From Halothermothrix sp. (lineage in GTDB: Bacteria > Bacillota > Halanaerobiia > DY22613), in the NCBI GenBank assembly GCA_016841825.1, contig JAENYK010000013.1, positions 6,739 through 70,738 of the forward strand: DNA of 64,000 nt. Reading direction: 5' to 3'. Under the pieces are notes generated by a model. It was not told the origin of the DNA and did no database searches. It was given only the letters and a program-made list of their open reading frames with translations. The position numbers and the translations under genes were made by a program. Numbering within the stretch: position 1 is the stretch's first letter; every line of letters starts with the position of its first letter. Below, piece by piece: positions 18,131-27,051 of this stretch.

Positions 18131-19365
18131 TAAACCTCACTCTTTTCATCTTTTTTTATGATAATTGTCTTGGGATTTATCAAATAATTATTTGCAATTT
18201 TTTGTAATTCAGCATCAGTTATTTCTGCATACTGATCCAAAACCGTTTCAAAAGGAATTATCTGATTAGTCAAAAGTTCTTCAATACCAAAAACACTGGC
18301 CAGAGATAATGTTGTCTCAAATTTTCGATATAAACTGCCTGCGTATTGTGTTTTGACAAATTCCAGTTCTTCGCTGGAGATTAATTCACTCCTCAATCTG
18401 ATTAACTCATGATTAATTACATCTTCTACCTGATCAATCATCTCAGGAGAAGATTTAGTATAGATCAGAAAAATACCTGTATCTTCATATGGTAAATGTT
18501 TAGCTTCAACAGAATATACCAATCTCTCATCTTCCCGAAGACGCTTATATAAACGTGAGTAAAAACCTTCACCTAACAGTTGAGCAAATGTTTTAAAATA
18601 TGGTTGAAGCGAGCTCTTCAGTCCAGTAACGGGAAATGCTATAAACAGATGGGCTAAAGATAGATTGCGAGAAATAATAATTTTTTCCCGCTTTACCTCT
18701 TCTTGCGACAGATTTTCTACTTTTAAATCTTCCGACTTCTTCTGAAAGTGACTAAAATAGTTATCCAAAAATCCAGTAAACTCTTCTTCTAAAATATCAC
18801 CACAACAGGAGATTACTATATTTTTATAGTTAAAATACTTGTTATAGTGTTCAATCAAGTGTTCAGGACAAAACTGATTAACCGTTTGGACATACCCACG
18901 AATTGGATTCCGCAATGGATGTTCATTCCAATAATATAACGAAAAAAGATCCCACATCGCTCCCGGTGAATTCTGATGTGTCAAAATCTCCTGTAAGATG
19001 ATTGTTTTTTCCGATTCCAAAAGATCTGCAGCAAGGTTGAATTGAAAGATAGTCTCTAAAACCAATGGCAGTACTGTATAGAGATACTCTTTTCGGATCA
19101 CAAAATAAGTAGCCAGATAATCGCGAGTTGTAACAGCATTGAACACCCCACCATATTTTTCTACTGCATAGAAAACTTGTTGGTTTACCTGTCGATTTTC
19201 AAATAACATATGCTCTAAGACATGGGTTATCCCAAATCTGTCTCCATCATTTTGACTACCTACTTTAATGAATATTTTTACAGCACACAATCCAGTATTC
19301 TCTTTATGTGTACAGATCGTCCTGATACCATTAGATAGATTATTTTTCTTAATCATCATTCTCAT
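18130..19365 (-). CDS. M16-family zinc peptidase (catalytic HxxEH present, no signal peptide)
   Basis: GITHVLEHMLFEN inverzincin motif. 1-nt and 4-nt overlaps with neighbouring genes. Confidence 0.8.
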   Translation of the reverse strand: MRMMIKKNNLSNGIRTICTHKENTGLCAVKIFIKVGSQNDGDRFGITHVLEHMLFENRQVNQQVFYAVEKYGGVFNAVTTRDYLATYFVIRKEYLYTVLPLVLETIFQFNLAADLLESEKTIILQEILTHQNSPGAMWDLFSLYYWNEHPLRNPIRGYVQTVNQFCPEHLIEHYNKYFNYKNIVISCCGDILEEEFTGFLDNYFSHFQKKSEDLKVENLSQEEVKREKIIISRNLSLAHLFIAFPVTGLKSSLQPYFKTFAQLLGEGFYSRLYKRLREDERLVYSVEAKHLPYEDTGIFLIYTKSSPEMIDQVEDVINHELIRLRSELISSEELEFVKTQYAGSLYRKFETTLSLASVFGIEELLTNQIIPFETVLDQYAEITDAELQKIANNYLINPKTIIIKKDEKSEV

Positions 19366-20687
19366 TTTTCGAACTCCTTAGACATAGTTTGAATTTCTAT
19401 CTTTTCCTTATCTGAATAGCTGCCGACATAAGTAATAACCAGATTTGCTAATAGTTTTCTAGCAATTCTCTGATATAGCCCAACTTCCTGCATTTCTGGA
19501 CCATCCAGAAAAGTTAGTAGGCCTTCAGGAGAAAAACCTAAGAGCAAACCTTCACCAACGTAATCTGCATATCTTTCTTTATCCTCCAAAGAAAGATAAA
19601 AATTAGTTAAAAATCTTCTAACTACCTGCTCAAAATCATGATCATAGATATCCGAATTCAAAAGGTCGATCATCTCCTGCAAAATAGTCTTACCCACCAG
19701 ATATCCCTGATCACTAACAACCTTAATCTCCAGGGTGTTTAACTCACCAACTTCTATCTGTACATTAACCGTATAAGCTAGCCCCAGCTCTCGACGTAAT
19801 ACTTCATATAAACGTCGTGCTAAATATTCCTGAATGATATGTAGTCCAACCAGTTCTACTGTAGATTTAGCCTGATAGTTACTATAGGCTGCAACAAAAC
19901 TCTGATCAGAATCTATAAACTCAACGCTCTGATCAATTGTTGGAATAGCAATCTGCAGTTTCTCAAACTTATCTCTCTGGTCAACTTTAATTCCCGCTAA
20001 AGCTGCTTCAACTTCGGATTTCTCAAAATTACCAAAGATGACGATTGTTAATTTCCCGGTAAGGATCAGTTGTTGATAATATTCCTGAAGAGTTGGAAAA
20101 TCTATCTGCATAATTGATACAGGTGTACCTGCTGCCGGACTACTTAATGGATGAGATCTATAATAATTTTGACGAATTCTGTGCAGTATCTTCTCTTCTT
20201 CACCTATGCTTGATAGTTTAGTATATACCTGTTTCTGCTCTTCCAGGAACTCTGATTCTGTCAACTTATTAGCAAAGATGATTTCTTTTAAAAGTTGTCC
20301 TACTAACTGCAAATCTTCCTTATAAAATTTAATACAAAGTGCCCCATAAGTATAGTTTGCCAGATTGTTAAATTGAATTATATGTCTGTTTTTTAAGTCG
20401 CCAATCTCTGTATTGGTATACTTTTGGGTATCTCCCTTTAACAATGTCCGCATTAATAAATAATCTACACCCCCGGGATACTTTTGCTGATCTTTTGAGA
20501 TTTCATAATAGAGATTCATCACCGCAAAATTTTCAAATGAATCCTGTATCTGAATCACTTTAATCCCATCTACCTGATATTCTAAAAAACCATCGTTCGG
20601 TTCTGCTGCAAACCCATTGAGGGATAACGTTATTAATAAAAAAATAGTAATAGCTAAATTACGAATTTCCCTTTTCATAGTAATCAT
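19362..20687 (-). CDS. M16-family peptidase-like protein lacking HxxEH (non-catalytic partner), secreted
   Basis: N-terminal signal peptide (LLITLSLNGFAAEP). M16-like length and layout, but GGVDYLLMRTLLKG sits where HxxEH would be. Confidence 0.6.
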   Translation of the reverse strand: MITMKREIRNLAITIFLLITLSLNGFAAEPNDGFLEYQVDGIKVIQIQDSFENFAVMNLYYEISKDQQKYPGGVDYLLMRTLLKGDTQKYTNTEIGDLKNRHIIQFNNLANYTYGALCIKFYKEDLQLVGQLLKEIIFANKLTESEFLEEQKQVYTKLSSIGEEEKILHRIRQNYYRSHPLSSPAAGTPVSIMQIDFPTLQEYYQQLILTGKLTIVIFGNFEKSEVEAALAGIKVDQRDKFEKLQIAIPTIDQSVEFIDSDQSFVAAYSNYQAKSTVELVGLHIIQEYLARRLYEVLRRELGLAYTVNVQIEVGELNTLEIKVVSDQGYLVGKTILQEMIDLLNSDIYDHDFEQVVRRFLTNFYLSLEDKERYADYVGEGLLLGFSPEGLLTFLDGPEMQEVGLYQRIARKLLANLVITYVGSYSDKEKIEIQTMSKEFEK

Positions 20688-20701
20688 TCTCTCCCCCCTT
20701 T

Positions 20702-22054
20702 TTACTCATTTTTTGCTGCCTGATTTACAACTGCACCTGTCACACATGGTTCTTTAATAAGATATTTGTTGCCAAACCTAATCAAATCTCTCTTTGTAAT
20801 TCCTTTTACTTTATCAATATAATAGATAGCATAGTCCAGATCACTGGCAGTCCAAATATTTGCATATAACTTTGCCTGTTCACTTAATCTCTCCTGTGCA
20901 ATAATCCACTGATAATTAAGAATTTCTTTACTTTGATTAATTATTTTTTTTGAAATTAGATAATAAAATAGTTTTCTACGCATTATTTTTGTTAAATCTT
21001 TTCGTGCTTTTTCAATATCACTCTGTTTTACTACTGCCTGCAGAACAAAAGGAGCCTTATACCGTTTGGAAGCATAATAGATATAAAAATCTCTAACATA
21101 ACCTAAATTCTGAATCTGCTTTGCGAAATATGAATCAGGATTGTTCATTACCGCACATAATAAATCTGCAATATGTGAGTCATCGCTCTCTTCATCCAGT
21201 CCTGGCCCCTCCCAGACCATATACAAAGATGTATATGGTCCACGTTTTTCATCAAAATAATAGATTTCTTGATCTGAACTCAATGAACTCTCATTAAAAA
21301 CTGGTTCCTGAATAGGTTCGCCTCTATCCCAATCACTGAAATACTTTTCAATATCCTGTTTCCAATCTATCCCCCGAATATCTCCTGCAACAGCAATTAA
21401 CGATCGTTCTGGTCTAAAATATTGGTCATGAATGGTTCGTAAATCATCAACTGTTATTGTTCCCAAAGTTGAAGCATCCCCTAATACATCAAAGCTCTGA
21501 GTCTCTTCTGTCCACAATTCCGCCCGGATTAAATCCCACAATCTCTCGTCTATATTGGTCAATCGCTCTGCAGCCTCAGCTAAGACTATCTGCCTTTCTT
21601 TAATTAAAGTTTCTTCACGCAAGGGAGGATTTCGCATCATTTTACTCAAAATCTTCAATCCCTCACTCCAATAATCTTTTGTAAAAGATAGATGGACGAT
21701 AACATGGTCTTGAGATGTCATAGCATTTGCAACTGCTCCTATTTGATTGAGGTCTTCTTCTACATCAATAAATAGCAGATGTTCAATCAGATGAAAAATC
21801 CCCCGATTATTATCTGACTGATAAATTGCTCCGACTTTAAAGGCACCTACTAATGTTATCAGGGGAAGGTCATTATTATTTAAAGCAATAACTTCTAATC
21901 CGTTTGCAAGATCTGTCCTCTCATATTTCGCTGTAAAAGAAGTGAAAGATGTAAAAGTATCTGTGCTATTTGAGAAACATCCTCCCAGGACAGATATCAG
22001 AATCAGAAACGCAAGGGATGTAATGATTATCCTACCTTTATGCCCTACAATCAT
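20702..22054 (-). CDS. M16-family zinc peptidase, predicted lipoprotein
   Basis: FHLIEHLLF (HxxEH). N-terminal hydrophobic segment ending in the lipobox-like VLGGCFS. Confidence 0.75.
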   Translation of the reverse strand: MIVGHKGRIIITSLAFLILISVLGGCFSNSTDTFTSFTSFTAKYERTDLANGLEVIALNNNDLPLITLVGAFKVGAIYQSDNNRGIFHLIEHLLFIDVEEDLNQIGAVANAMTSQDHVIVHLSFTKDYWSEGLKILSKMMRNPPLREETLIKERQIVLAEAAERLTNIDERLWDLIRAELWTEETQSFDVLGDASTLGTITVDDLRTIHDQYFRPERSLIAVAGDIRGIDWKQDIEKYFSDWDRGEPIQEPVFNESSLSSDQEIYYFDEKRGPYTSLYMVWEGPGLDEESDDSHIADLLCAVMNNPDSYFAKQIQNLGYVRDFYIYYASKRYKAPFVLQAVVKQSDIEKARKDLTKIMRRKLFYYLISKKIINQSKEILNYQWIIAQERLSEQAKLYANIWTASDLDYAIYYIDKVKGITKRDLIRFGNKYLIKEPCVTGAVVNQAAKNE

Positions 22055-23078
22055 CTAAATTCTCCCCTTCAGCCTTTTTTTGTGGTTCAAACTTATGTAA
22101 TTTCTCCATTTTACTTAATACCTTTGTAAACCTACCGAGATCAGTAACCGCCGTGAACTCATTTTCACCGTAATAAAAAATATATTCTTTCCAGACACCT
22201 TCACACAGTTGATTAAAGAAACAATTCTCACAAACTTTTGCTTTATCTTTAATCTCCAAACGACGTTTTTGCCAATCAATGGTCGCTGATTGAATAGGAC
22301 TACCATAGATTTTTTTCTTTTTGTTCCAGAAAAGGTCCGAGTATTCAGTGAACTCCTCATAATCTTCAAGAAAACAGAAAGGAACACATTCTAACTGTAA
22401 AGGTAGGTGCTCTGACTTGGCATATTCCAGAACTTCCAGGATAAATGGTTGAATCTCAGAATATTTTGGAACATAATCAGCAAACCGTGGATCTCCGATT
22501 GATGAATGGGGGAAAGCAATATTTACATATTTGGCCTGCAAACGATGAAATAGTTTTACTGTGTCCAACAGGAAAGAATAATTTTCTTTCGAAATAACTA
22601 CCTTACCCATAATGTTTCCACAACAGTCTGCAATATTACGTAAACCTTGTACTGTTTCTGCAAAACTACCTTTTCTTCTTGTCACCCTATCGTGAATGTC
22701 TGCATTCGAACCATGCAGGGCAATACCAAAGGCAATGGGATAATTTTCAACTAATCTCTTTGTCAGATGAAAATCTGCCAAAACCCGGCCATTGGTTTGC
22801 ATATCAATATAGGTAAACCCTTTTTCCATTACACTATCACACAATTGAAACAGATCTTTTCTAATAGTCACTTCTCCACCAGTCAACACCACCTTTGAAT
22901 AACTTTCTCCCTGAGATATTCTCTGGCAATAGGCTTTTTTTAGTTCTTCTTCACATTCTTCAAAAGTACGGTCACAGGTTTTACCCACTTTGATAATCTC
23001 ATCCCGATTTAGCGCTATAATACAATGAATACAGTCATTATTACAGGAATATCCCACTTTTAAATCAAATACATACAT
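22038..23078 (-). CDS. Radical SAM enzyme (HxsC-like position and size)
   Basis: KVGYSCNNDCIHC (CX3CX2C), LTGGEVT. C-terminal Cys tail CVPFC...CENCFFNQLCEG. Lies immediately downstream of the HxsB-like gene. Confidence 0.8.
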   Translation of the reverse strand: MYVFDLKVGYSCNNDCIHCIIALNRDEIIKVGKTCDRTFEECEEELKKAYCQRISQGESYSKVVLTGGEVTIRKDLFQLCDSVMEKGFTYIDMQTNGRVLADFHLTKRLVENYPIAFGIALHGSNADIHDRVTRRKGSFAETVQGLRNIADCCGNIMGKVVISKENYSFLLDTVKLFHRLQAKYVNIAFPHSSIGDPRFADYVPKYSEIQPFILEVLEYAKSEHLPLQLECVPFCFLEDYEEFTEYSDLFWNKKKKIYGSPIQSATIDWQKRRLEIKDKAKVCENCFFNQLCEGVWKEYIFYYGENEFTAVTDLGRFTKVLSKMEKLHKFEPQKKAEGENLDDCRA

Positions 23079-23092
23079 GGTATCACCTCACT

Positions 23093-24541
23093 TTACTGTT
23101 CATCAAATTTTAACTTTAACATCATTCCCACAATCAATTGTTGAATTTTTTTCCGCTCATAGATCAATTTTTCAAACACTACATCCATTACTGCCCGATT
23201 TAACTGACAGCGATTTGTTTTATTGAGCTTTAAAGCAAAGTTTCCTTCCTGTCCATAATGCAGAACCGGACAGACACCACAATACGGTTTATAAACACAG
23301 CTATCACAATAATAACCTTCCAAAATTGAAGACTGAATCAATTCCCTGGACTGCCTTTTTTGAATAATCTCCTGATACCGATTTTCAAAAACACTACCAA
23401 TTACCAGACCATCCACGACCCTGGCTTCATCACAACAATAGATATCACCATTATAGTTATATACGATCTGACCTCTAATCATCCCACAGGGACTAGACCA
23501 GTCCATATATCCTGTATCTACGTCGTACAGAATATTTTTTAGAGCCAGACGAACATGTCTTTCATGAAGGATCACACCTTTTCCCAATAACGCAAAAATA
23601 TAATCAACACTTCTCCGCCAGAATTCAATAAATTCCTCCATTGTATAGCCAATCTCATCCCAGACCTCTACTGCATAACCTAAATAATCCAATGGCTTAA
23701 TCTGAATCTCTTTTTGTTCCCACTTTACATATTCGTCAATAATCTCTTTCCAATATGGTAAAGAATATTTTGTTGTAACCATCAATAATCCAACCCATAA
23801 CCCCCTGGCTTTACATCTTTCTATCCAATGAGTTACCTGGGCATAGCTGCCATTTCCAGAATGAACATATTGACGATTCCTATCATGGACATAAGCTGGT
23901 CCGTCTAAAGATGTTGTAAGTTTAATTTGATCTTTATGGTCACACAGAAAATCTAAAAATTCTTCATCCATTGTAGTAAAATTACTCACCAGGGCAAAAC
24001 GATAACGTTTATTATATTTTTTATTCAACTCTGCAGCATATTCGATGGCCAATTTGACCAATGGTTTATTAAGTAAGGGTTCTCCACCCTGAAATTCAAT
24101 GGTAAATTCCTCTCTTGGTGAATCAAAAATAAATTCAAGAGTGTATTTTAATGTCTCCTCTGACATATCATACTCAGAACCTTCCGTAATTGCTTCCGCT
24201 TCAGAATGGCAATACAGACAGCGTAAATTGCAGCGAATAGTCGGTACAAGAATATGTAAACTGGCTCCTGTTTCAAAATTTTGATATCTTCGATAATACT
24301 TTTGCACAATCTCTTCAAAATTATCTTCTGTTATAATAAATCCTCTATGTAGAAGGTCTGCATACAACTTATCATTCAAATTATCATTGAGAAAGTTGAA
24401 ATAATCAGCATCTGTTAAGTTCACCCAGGACCCATGGTCTGTAGTTAGTAGATACGAATCTTTAAGCTTTTTCTGTCGATAAAAATTTTTTATATATTCC
24501 TGATTAGTTAGTTGATTGCCAATCCAGTCAGGTAACACCAT
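23093..24541 (-). CDS. Radical SAM/SPASM peptide maturase (HxsB-like)
   Basis: VPTIRCNLRCLYCHS. SPASM tail SSPCGMIRGQIVYNYNGDIYCCDE...CDSCVYKPYCGVCPV. Start abuts the stop of the 125-aa upstream gene. Confidence 0.85.
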   Translation of the reverse strand: MVLPDWIGNQLTNQEYIKNFYRQKKLKDSYLLTTDHGSWVNLTDADYFNFLNDNLNDKLYADLLHRGFIITEDNFEEIVQKYYRRYQNFETGASLHILVPTIRCNLRCLYCHSEAEAITEGSEYDMSEETLKYTLEFIFDSPREEFTIEFQGGEPLLNKPLVKLAIEYAAELNKKYNKRYRFALVSNFTTMDEEFLDFLCDHKDQIKLTTSLDGPAYVHDRNRQYVHSGNGSYAQVTHWIERCKARGLWVGLLMVTTKYSLPYWKEIIDEYVKWEQKEIQIKPLDYLGYAVEVWDEIGYTMEEFIEFWRRSVDYIFALLGKGVILHERHVRLALKNILYDVDTGYMDWSSPCGMIRGQIVYNYNGDIYCCDEARVVDGLVIGSVFENRYQEIIQKRQSRELIQSSILEGYYCDSCVYKPYCGVCPVLHYGQEGNFALKLNKTNRCQLNRAVMDVVFEKLIYERKKIQQLIVGMMLKLKFDEQ

Positions 24542-24919
24542 CTAACTCACCTCTTTATTATCGGCAGATGGAGATCGGCTATCACCTGTTTTCTCTTGTG
24601 CACAGAGCAAAACCCGTTCTAAGATTATTTCCCGCAATCGTCCTTTTGTCTCCATCATTTGGGAGTAAAAACTATAGTTAATCACTTCTTCATTAAATTC
24701 GTAAACTATTTTCTCGAGATCTCCACTATTAACACTAATTTCAACAAGAATATCATCTGGTCGAGAATCATCGCAGACGAGTACTGCATTGCATTTGCCA
24801 ATCATATAGTGAGCAACGGCGATAATGATCTCTGGTTGATAGATCTCTTTATGAAAGGTTAAAATAGCAGTAGACTCTGATACCTTTTTAAAATTCCCTA
24901 ATTGATTAATTTTTTCCAT
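24542..24919 (-). CDS. Small accessory protein, possibly HxsD-like
   Basis: 125 aa, translationally abutted to the rSAM gene. FNEEVINYSFYSQMMETKGRLREIILERVL loosely resembles the LLNDYxLRE signature I recall for HxsD. Confidence 0.4.
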   Translation of the reverse strand: MEKINQLGNFKKVSESTAILTFHKEIYQPEIIIAVAHYMIGKCNAVLVCDDSRPDDILVEISVNSGDLEKIVYEFNEEVINYSFYSQMMETKGRLREIILERVLLCAQEKTGDSRSPSADNKEVS

Positions 24920-24932
24920 TTTTTACCCTCCT

Positions 24933-26180
24933 TTATGCAGTTTCTTTCTGTACTTTAAAAATATTGGAAGCCTTGTTATATATGAAGACTACAATTGCTT
25001 TAAATAAACCATAAATTCGCTGAACAATAAAGATTGACAAAGGAATGAAGAGGACTATTCCTAAAGCCGACTGAAAAGTAATTTTCTCAAGATCCAATGA
25101 GATAATTAAATAAAATATCTCTTGACTGCGTTGAATGATCATTCGACCAAAAAAGTAAGTGATATAAGTAGTGGACATAATCGCATAGATCAATAATTTA
25201 ACCTCCTGGGCTGTTATCTTTTCACGATTTTTAATCTTCTTTGGCAGTCGTTTTTTTAAAAAATTAGCTGATTGTGCCTTCAAATTAGGAACATTCATCA
25301 AATCCATCAACAGATAATAACCATCCCATTTTAATAATGGATTCAAATTTAGAATGATTCGGATATATGCCAGGACAGTTACCTGATAGAATAGAGGCGA
25401 ATAGATCGTTTGCGGTAATAAATAATAAATAACCATAGATAATCCTCCAATAATTACATCAACAAGTGGGCCAGCAGCGCTTGTTATAATCCGTGCTTTC
25501 CTGTCAGACATCCAAATATCGCTAGTATTAACATAAAAAACTGGGATAAACATATAGAACATAAATCCTGCATCTTTTACATTGCGTCCATATCGTAAAC
25601 AAGCCAGGGCATGACCTAATTCATGCAAAAACACTGGGAAGAAAGCTGCACAGTACAACAAAAACATGTTGAAGAAATTTTTCTTAAGCAACAATGGTTT
25701 TGCGGGAGTTAACGTATATAATATCCACCCCAGAACAGATACAACAAAATAAAAAATTATAGCCTGTTTGGAAAATACAAGATTTCCAATCTGTTTATAA
25801 ACCCACTTGAATAGACGGTCAATATTTCTAATCGGTATCCTGATCTGATATAACTTTTGCTTGTACTTTAATGTCTTTGGATCATACTCATAATTCCCCA
25901 GAAAGCCCCGGTCACCCAAATCTTTGATTAGTTTTTCAATATGATCTACTGAAATCCGATTATACTCATAGTAAAACTTCAGGTTAATCTCTTCGATAGA
26001 ATGTTGCCCATCTAATAGTTCCCAGATAAAATAATCATGGGGACTTAGCAGCATATAAACATCATCATTTTTATTCTTTAAAATATATTGTGTGTTATTG
26101 TCTTTAGAACTGAATGAATTTTTAATTTCGACATTTTCGATTCGTTTTGGTTCATTCGGTATTACTATATCTGTACTCAC
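24933..26180 (-). CDS. PqqD/RRE-like domain fused to a membrane M50 (site-2-protease family) metalloprotease
   Basis: N-terminal LSPHDYFIWELLDGQHSIEEINLKFYYEY...IEKLIKDLGDRGFL (PqqD-like). Then TM helices with FLHELGHAL (HExxH) and LNLNPLLKWDGYY (NxxPxxxxDG). Confidence 0.75.
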   Translation of the reverse strand: MSTDIVIPNEPKRIENVEIKNSFSSKDNNTQYILKNKNDDVYMLLSPHDYFIWELLDGQHSIEEINLKFYYEYNRISVDHIEKLIKDLGDRGFLGNYEYDPKTLKYKQKLYQIRIPIRNIDRLFKWVYKQIGNLVFSKQAIIFYFVVSVLGWILYTLTPAKPLLLKKNFFNMFLLYCAAFFPVFLHELGHALACLRYGRNVKDAGFMFYMFIPVFYVNTSDIWMSDRKARIITSAAGPLVDVIIGGLSMVIYYLLPQTIYSPLFYQVTVLAYIRIILNLNPLLKWDGYYLLMDLMNVPNLKAQSANFLKKRLPKKIKNREKITAQEVKLLIYAIMSTTYITYFFGRMIIQRSQEIFYLIISLDLEKITFQSALGIVLFIPLSIFIVQRIYGLFKAIVVFIYNKASNIFKVQKETA

Positions 26181-26193
26181 TGGTTAACACCTC

Positions 26194-27042
26194 CTATTTA
26201 TAAATTATGGTTCGTAAATACTCTCCAGTAACAACTTTATCTCCAATTTTGATTATCCTAGGAGAGATTATCTCGACCTCTTTAAATTCCATTAAATCTT
26301 TATATAATTCGTTTTTTTGAATATATTTAATAGTTGAAAATTTGATTCTTTTTCCATATGGGGATACACTTTCAGTAAAATCATTAGCATAGTAAATCTC
26401 TGTCTCCCCCAAATGAATAGCAAAGCAGGTCAGTTGATTCCTAAATTGATTAGCAATCTGAGGATATTTTTCTTGTAAAAGAGTATAAACCTGTTCTCCC
26501 ATTTTTAACGAATCAGCACACTCAACAGAACAGGGGAAATGTTGAATTAACGCATATCTAAAATAGCGAATCAGTGTATTGACATAAAAGGAAGCTGGAT
26601 CAGAAGATTCAATTGTCAAAGCTGTAAAATCAATCTTATTCATTCTTACCTGATTCACATTACAATCATAAGCATCAAGACAACACTCTGGATATCCCAG
26701 TAATTTTCCAAAATCCCGATCAGATATATTATCCAGATCCGATTTTAGCAGAGTAGGATCTTTTGCCAAATAAATATAATGATATCCTTGTGCCGATTCC
26801 TGAAAAGTCCAGTCTTTTTTACTACTAAATCCTATTCGTCCATCTTTATCAATTATTTTATATGCAGATATATAATAAGATAATGAATTTTGTTGACAAA
26901 AATTTTTATATAACTCCAACTGGTCAACATAGGCATTCAATCTTATCAATGGTTTTAAGCCTTCACAAAGACAAAGCAACTGCAAACTACTGAGATAGTC
27001 TCGACAGACAAAATTTAAATCTATACCATTATATATCATCAA
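26194..27042 (-). CDS. Conserved-looking hypothetical protein with GYPECC...HFPCSVEC Cys motif
   Basis: 282-aa ORF tightly packed in the operon. I recognise no family with confidence. Confidence 0.5.
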   Translation of the reverse strand: MMIYNGIDLNFVCRDYLSSLQLLCLCEGLKPLIRLNAYVDQLELYKNFCQQNSLSYYISAYKIIDKDGRIGFSSKKDWTFQESAQGYHYIYLAKDPTLLKSDLDNISDRDFGKLLGYPECCLDAYDCNVNQVRMNKIDFTALTIESSDPASFYVNTLIRYFRYALIQHFPCSVECADSLKMGEQVYTLLQEKYPQIANQFRNQLTCFAIHLGETEIYYANDFTESVSPYGKRIKFSTIKYIQKNELYKDLMEFKEVEIISPRIIKIGDKVVTGEYLRTIIYK

Positions 27043-27051
27043 TCTCCACTC

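Noticed and set aside
22115-22387. 90-aa minus-strand ORF in an alternative frame of the 346-aa rSAM gene
   Set aside because: It sits in a different frame of a gene whose main frame carries CX3CX2C and SPASM-like motifs. It has no RBS.
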